From Candidatus Tariuqbacter arcticus (GTDB lineage Bacteria > Electryoneota > Tariuqbacteria > Tariuqbacterales > Tariuqbacteraceae), in the NCBI GenBank assembly GCA_013202315.1, contig JABMRZ010000458.1, forward strand, positions 1 through 25,582: a stretch of 25,582 bases of DNA. Reading direction: 5' to 3'. Below are positions 25,549-25,582 of the stretch, in pieces. The notes under the pieces are model-generated. The model was not told where the DNA came from. It saw only the letters and a list, made by a program, of their open reading frames with translations, and did not search any database. Positions within the stretch are counted from its first letter, which is position 1. Each line of letters begins with the position of its first letter. Both the position numbers and the translations under genes were made by a program.

Positions 25549-25582
25549 ATGTCGAGTCAATTCGTAATAGACAATGAAGGCG
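25549..25582 (+). CDS. Partial CDS running off the window (MSSQFVIDNEG...)
   Basis: aggag RBS at 25539-25543 before ATG 25549. Only 11 codons are visible. Confidence 0.55.
   Translation, partial: MSSQFVIDNEG

Noticed and set aside
1-25582. Selenoprotein (UGA read-through) or tRNA-Sec suggested by the presence of selA
   Set aside because: The main TGA-ending ORFs inspected (12492, 15143, 15834, 25383) end at natural-looking C-termini or meet another stop soon after. No tRNA-Sec-like sequence, selB or selD was recognised.

Overview
This 25.6 kb window is bacterial, most likely from the FCB superphylum (inferred from a C-terminal T9SS-type-A/FlgD-like sorting domain, a DGGGP-synthase-like prenyltransferase and the intergenic repeat style). 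The housekeeping backbone comprises a STAND-like ATPase-wHTH-TPR gene, selA, an S9 peptidase, mazG, a 2-oxoacid:ferredoxin oxidoreductase cluster (gamma subunit, a PorD/GltD hybrid, alpha subunit, no beta subunit in the window), an operon of UbiA-family prenyltransferase, maf, rodZ-like and ispG, a secreted 7-bladed propeller protein, and an XRE regulator with back-to-back promoters. Three visibly AT-rich islets are inserted in it: (i) a lone 516-aa protein with a C-terminal PD-(D/E)XK nuclease; (ii) a self-contained two-gene unit encoding a duplicated-domain dCTP-deaminase-family protein and a GNAT-ASCH fusion, the best candidate for an undescribed system (cytosine-nucleotide-centred, possibly anti-phage); (iii) a small ORF plus a HARE-HTH/REase-fold gene inside the POR cluster. 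A hicB-like plus aspartyl-protease cassette next to islet (iii) is flanked by an 81-bp direct repeat that duplicates the 3' end of the upstream gene. Intergenic DNA is rich in 7-nt-period degenerate arrays and REP-like palindromes. All family assignments come from motif recognition by eye; no database search was run.
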